This document shows positions 59,913-64,000 of a stretch of 64,000 nt of DNA, one piece after another (position 1 is the stretch's first letter; each line of letters starts with the position of its first letter). The stretch spans positions 25,907-89,906 of the forward strand of contig CAWHOE010000054.1 in NCBI GenBank assembly GCA_963830915.1. The letters run 5' to 3'. The DNA is from a candidate division FCPU426 bacterium. Its GTDB lineage: Bacteria; Oederibacteriota; Muellerivitia; Muellerivitales; Muellerivitaceae. The notes under the pieces were generated by a model. It ran no database searches. It was not told the DNA's origin and saw nothing but the letters and a program-made list of their open reading frames with translations. A program made the translations under genes and the position numbers.

Positions 59913-61211
59913 CTAAATGAACGTCACCTTCAAAAAGTGGGTCGAACAGGAAACGCAGGGGTCGTAGGACCTGACCAGCATCTCCAGATATTTTTGGATG
60001 TCGTTCTGGCTGAGGTGCAGGATGGTCGGCACCAGGGCTTCCACATCCTTCTGCAAGTTTCCATGGTTTTGATTGGTAGGAATGCACATATTGGCCGCTG
60101 TGCAGACCCCATCCTCGTTGAAAAGATAACGATGGAAGAGGATACCCCGGGGCGCCTCGATGGCCCCCGCACCATTACTGGCCTTGGGTTTGAAATCAAC
60201 CTTGGCCGCTTTGGGCGGATGGGCCATCAATTCATCCAGCAGTCTCAAGGAATCCTCAATGATGTGGGCGCATTCCACCAACTGAACCACCGAGTTCAGA
60301 TAAGGATTGGTGCAGCGGTCCGGGAGACCGAACATGTTCGACCATTTCTTAGCCAACGGTAGGAGGTGCTGTCGGTTGAGGTTGTAGCGAGCCATGGCTC
60401 CGACGGCATAGGAATCCCGATGCCATTTGGTCCACTTAGCCGTTGATTGAGCGCAGACGTACTCGTTGACGGCGTCCTCAAAACGGGCCACCGGCATTCC
60501 CTGTTCTGCGTCGGAAGTAGCGATCTCGCCGTCATAGAAGGCGTATTCCCCAGGCTTTTTCAAAGCGACATATTCGGTATCCCGGGCAAAACCAGGCAGT
60601 TTATCCGCCGCCGAAAGGACGGTTTCGGCCACATCCTGGGCGAATTGGATATGGTCCACCAGCCGTTTGCGAAGGTCCCTTAATTCCCGTTCGGAAGGGA
60701 TCCGGGTGAAGCCTCCCGGCACTAAAGTGATGGGATGGGTGGTACGGCCGGCTAAAAGATCGGACCATTCATTGGCGATCCGATGGAGTCCGACGATCTT
60801 CTTCACGATATCCAGATGGGTATCGATGAGGGGAACGACCGACTTGGCCCCGAAGAGGTCGGGAGCCACCAGGTATCCCACGTGAAGAACATGGCTTTGG
60901 AGCAGTTCGGAATAATGGGTCAGGACGCGGAGCTGATAGAGTTCATCGGTCAACTTGATCGAGAAGGCGTTCTCAATGGCTTTTACGGCGGCCAAAGAAT
61001 GGCTGATGGAGCAGATCCCGCAGATACGGGAAACGACCCCCTGGATCTCATCCCAACGGCGGCCCCTAACGAAAGCCTCGAAGAACCGCGGAGCTTCGGG
61101 CACCTGCCACTCCGCTTTTTCCACTTTCCCATCAGAGGCTCGGACCACTAAATTGCCGTGGCCTTCGATACGGGTCACGTGATGCACATCGATTTTCAGG
61201 ATCTTAGGCAT
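59913..61211 (-). CDS. Group 3b [NiFe] hydrogenase large (alpha) subunit
   Basis: TRIEGH, PRFFE, RICGICS..H, EAPRG.L.H, DPCVSCSTH plus a 7-aa tail. Confidence 0.93.
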   Translation of the reverse strand: MPKILKIDVHHVTRIEGHGNLVVRASDGKVEKAEWQVPEAPRFFEAFVRGRRWDEIQGVVSRICGICSISHSLAAVKAIENAFSIKLTDELYQLRVLTHYSELLQSHVLHVGYLVAPDLFGAKSVVPLIDTHLDIVKKIVGLHRIANEWSDLLAGRTTHPITLVPGGFTRIPSERELRDLRKRLVDHIQFAQDVAETVLSAADKLPGFARDTEYVALKKPGEYAFYDGEIATSDAEQGMPVARFEDAVNEYVCAQSTAKWTKWHRDSYAVGAMARYNLNRQHLLPLAKKWSNMFGLPDRCTNPYLNSVVQLVECAHIIEDSLRLLDELMAHPPKAAKVDFKPKASNGAGAIEAPRGILFHRYLFNEDGVCTAANMCIPTNQNHGNLQKDVEALVPTILHLSQNDIQKYLEMLVRSYDPCVSCSTHFLKVTFI

Positions 61212-61956
61212 GGCTGGGCTCCTTGGTTTTTCTCAGGAATAATTCGAGCCGACTATCCATATCAGCGGGCTTTTTTCCATATAGATTCAGGATCGTTTTC
61301 ATACCTTCCGGGTTGGCGTCCTCCGAGTATCCCCGGCAGCCAACGCAAGGGGCCCCGTGGGTGGGACAATCGGCCTCGCAGCCAGCCCGGGTCAAAGGCC
61401 CCAAGCAGATCTCGTTCTTTTCCCAAAGGCAGCTGTTCTCCTTCGTGCGGCATTCCACACAGACAGGATAACTGGGGAGGAAGGGTTCTCGTCCCATGGC
61501 CAGGCAGCGAACGATATAACTGAATTCTTTCTGGTCAATCGGACAGCCCTTGATCTCATAATCGACCTTGACCACATCCCCGACGGCCTTGACGTTGTCC
61601 GAATCCAGATGGGGCATCTTCCCATCCTTGCCGTAAACGATCTGGCCCAATTCTTTTTTGGAAAAAGCATGCTTCAGACTTAGTAAACCACCGGAAACGG
61701 CGCAAGCTCCCAACGCTACCAGGATCTTGGCCTTCTTGCGGATCTTTTGGAGTTTTTCCTCATCCTGGGGTCTGGTAATGGACCCCTCGATGATGGCGAT
61801 GTCATAGACCTCGCTTTGCTCGGACATCGCCTCCCGCCATTCCACCACGTCCACGACATTAAGAAGGTCCAGTAAGGACTCCTCCATGTTGACGATCTGA
61901 AGCTGGCAACCCTCGCAACAGGCGAAATCGAATACGGCGACTTTGGGCTTTGTCAT
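61204..61956 (-). CDS. Group 3b hydrogenase small (delta) subunit
   Basis: CCEGC, EGS, GACA..GG, GCP, VC.EC, CLGP.T.AGC...CP...C.GC.G. Confidence 0.92.
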   Translation of the reverse strand: MTKPKVAVFDFACCEGCQLQIVNMEESLLDLLNVVDVVEWREAMSEQSEVYDIAIIEGSITRPQDEEKLQKIRKKAKILVALGACAVSGGLLSLKHAFSKKELGQIVYGKDGKMPHLDSDNVKAVGDVVKVDYEIKGCPIDQKEFSYIVRCLAMGREPFLPSYPVCVECRTKENSCLWEKNEICLGPLTRAGCEADCPTHGAPCVGCRGYSEDANPEGMKTILNLYGKKPADMDSRLELFLRKTKEPSHA

Positions 61957-62813
61957 TAGATGGCCTCCTGGAGATCGAACAGGTCCTTATAGCGAAACAC
62001 CGGGCCGTCCTGGCAAACGTAAAGACCATTGATCTGGCAATGGCCGCACTTGCCGACCCCGCATTTCATGCGCCGTTCCAAGGAAATGAAAATGTTCTGG
62101 TTGGGTACCTGCAAATGACGCAATTCGCGGATAACGAATTTGTACATGATGGGAGGACCACAGACAACCGTGGCCCAGGGACCGCCCCCAAGTTTGACCA
62201 TGGGGAACAGGGTCGTGATGACACCTACATGGCCTTTCCAATCGGGAGCCGGCTGATCGGCGGTCTCCAAAAGGACCACATTCTCCATCTTTCCCCACTC
62301 AGCCATCTCGGCGGTAAAAAGCCGGTCCTGGGGAGTGCGGGTGCCCGAAAGGATGACCACCTTGCCGTAATCCTTCCGTTTGTCCAACACGTACTGGATG
62401 GCGGAACGCAGGGGGACCATGCCGATCCCGCCGCCGATGAAAATGATGTTCTTGCCCTTCAGGTTCGTGTCGACCGGGAAAGTGGTGCCGAAGGGTCCCC
62501 GGATCCCGACTTTATCCCCGGCTTTTTTCTTGTGAAGGGCTTGGGTGACGTTCCCGACCCGGCGAATGACCATTTCAAATACGCCTTTTCGAGTTGGGGA
62601 GGAGGAGATCGAGATGGGAGCCTCTCCTACGCCGGTCACTGAAACCTCCACGAATTGACCCGGCATATGGCCCAGGTCCTTGCCCGAGTCCATCGTGACC
62701 TCATAGAAATAGTCCAAACCAGTCATTGGCTCGACCCTAGTCAAGGTCGCTGGTTGGGGTAGGTAGATATCCTTTTCAGCTGCGGATTGTTCCTTGGCGA
62801 TCGAGGTTTCCAT
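61956..62813 (-). CDS. Group 3b hydrogenase gamma (FAD/NAD(P)-binding) subunit
   Basis: PGQF, GEAPISI, RGPFG, GGG.G..PLR, CGPP.M, ER.MKCG.GKCGHC, C.DGPVF. Confidence 0.93.
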   Translation of the reverse strand: METSIAKEQSAAEKDIYLPQPATLTRVEPMTGLDYFYEVTMDSGKDLGHMPGQFVEVSVTGVGEAPISISSSPTRKGVFEMVIRRVGNVTQALHKKKAGDKVGIRGPFGTTFPVDTNLKGKNIIFIGGGIGMVPLRSAIQYVLDKRKDYGKVVILSGTRTPQDRLFTAEMAEWGKMENVVLLETADQPAPDWKGHVGVITTLFPMVKLGGGPWATVVCGPPIMYKFVIRELRHLQVPNQNIFISLERRMKCGVGKCGHCQINGLYVCQDGPVFRYKDLFDLQEAI

Positions 62814-62815
62814 GA

Positions 62816-63838
62816 TTAATCCCCCCAAAGCGTGTTATAGACTTCGACCGGATTGGAGATCTTAGGAACGCAGGCGCTGACACATCGTCCGCAACCAACG
62901 CAAGTAAGCTCGCCCATCTTCTCCGGCATATATTTGGCCTTTCGATAGAACCGGTGCCGGAAACGTTCCGCGGACCTTTTTCGGAAGTTATGGCCGCCCG
63001 CCACCGTCGCGAAATCCCTCAACAGGCATCCGTCCCAAGAACGGCAACGGGTGCCGCAATTCAAACTCCAATCCACATCATCCTGCACGTCGAAACAGTA
63101 ACAGGTGGGACAAACGATGTTGCAAGCCCCGCAGGAAAAACATTGATCGGCCCGCTCTTGCCAAATGGGATGCTCGTAATTACGGTTCAAAAGATCGGGA
63201 AGGTCCTGGGGGGCGCATTTGAGTTTATGTTTTTGCTGGTCCTGCTTGTTCTTTTCCCAAAGGCGTTCCCGCTCTTTGAGCTGCTCGGGTGTGGCCGCGG
63301 GAGTGGGTGCCAAATATCTCATCAAAGCTTGTCCCTTGTCGGTGCGAGCCTCAGCCAAATAGACGTTGCCCACCTTGGAAAGAAGGATATCCCAACCCTC
63401 CTGGGTAACTGCGGCGTCCATACAGCCTGAGAAGTTATTAGGAGAAATGGTCAACACGTCCAAGGCCACGATGGAACATTTCGCCCGTCGCGCCAAGTAA
63501 TGTTGGTCCTCTTGTTTTTCGGTGAAAACCCGGTCCATTTGGGCGATGGCTTTCACATCGTAAGGGTGCACCCCGAATAACACGAAAGGATCTGATTCGA
63601 AAACACTTTGGTAATGAGCCCCGTTATTGAATGTCATCAGGACTTCTTTGGGGGGAAGTAGGAATTTTTTTGGGGGAAGGGCCGTTACATCGTAATCCAA
63701 ACGCATATCGGAGACTTTATTGATCGGCTCGAACACGAAGTGTCCGTCGCGCTCCACCGGGCCGATGATGGTCTGGTTCAACAGTAGACCATCCACCCAA
63801 CCATTCAAATATCCTGGATCCAGTTGCTTGACGGTCAT
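62816..63838 (-). CDS. Group 3b hydrogenase beta (Fe-S) subunit
   Basis: PKKFL.P, C..CG.C...CPTCYCF, R.WD.C, CVGCGRC...C; RBS GGAGG. Confidence 0.92.
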   Translation of the reverse strand: MTVKQLDPGYLNGWVDGLLLNQTIIGPVERDGHFVFEPINKVSDMRLDYDVTALPPKKFLLPPKEVLMTFNNGAHYQSVFESDPFVLFGVHPYDVKAIAQMDRVFTEKQEDQHYLARRAKCSIVALDVLTISPNNFSGCMDAAVTQEGWDILLSKVGNVYLAEARTDKGQALMRYLAPTPAATPEQLKERERLWEKNKQDQQKHKLKCAPQDLPDLLNRNYEHPIWQERADQCFSCGACNIVCPTCYCFDVQDDVDWSLNCGTRCRSWDGCLLRDFATVAGGHNFRKRSAERFRHRFYRKAKYMPEKMGELTCVGCGRCVSACVPKISNPVEVYNTLWGD

Positions 63839-64000
63839 GGAGCCCTCCGAGTGGGGATGATGTTTTGATTTGTCAGTGAGAAGTTTAATGGCAATATTTG
63901 TCAGAAACGTATGAGGTGGGTCATAGAAAAAGGATAGCGAGTCAAAGACAAGCGGGTTGGCAATATCTTGTTAGTTAATATTTTCTCTCCATTGGCTTTC

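Overview
64-kb GC-rich bacterial chromosome window containing the replication origin (dnaA-dnaN with DnaA-box clusters on both sides of dnaA). The organism is diderm (TonB-dependent BtuB, RfaD). The Thr/Pro-linker plus tandem FlgD-Ig surface protein loosely suggests an FCPU426-like candidate lineage, but this is a low-confidence inference. In order, the window holds: a cobamide salvage cluster (cobU, an unknown twin-HTH gene, cobT, cobS, cbiX-like, btuB under an atypical cobalamin riboswitch, btuF, bluB, btuC, btuD); cytochrome bd (cydAB); oriC/dnaA/dnaN; a fused MrfA/MrfB-like helicase-exonuclease; a repeat-rich accessory patch (22.5-26 kb); a GAF-HD-GYP protein; type III glutamine synthetase; an Ehr (Ni-free hydrogenase-related) operon; assorted housekeeping genes; an Ech hydrogenase with echA-echB fused; and a group 3b NiFe hydrogenase. 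The most unusual region is 21.2-25.9 kb. It has (i) a DUF1016/YhcG nuclease gene carrying three in-frame palindromes that share a GACAC(T/C)GTC core but have different self-complementary arms, (ii) nine helically phased 21-bp repeats upstream, (iii) a two-hairpin element present twice in that array and once in-frame inside the helicase gene, and (iv) a winged-helix gene directly downstream of the nuclease. Four genes (glnA, hyfF-like, thiO, echE) each have a single +1 insertion, most likely sequence errors. All calls come from reading the sequence and motif recognition; no database searches were run.
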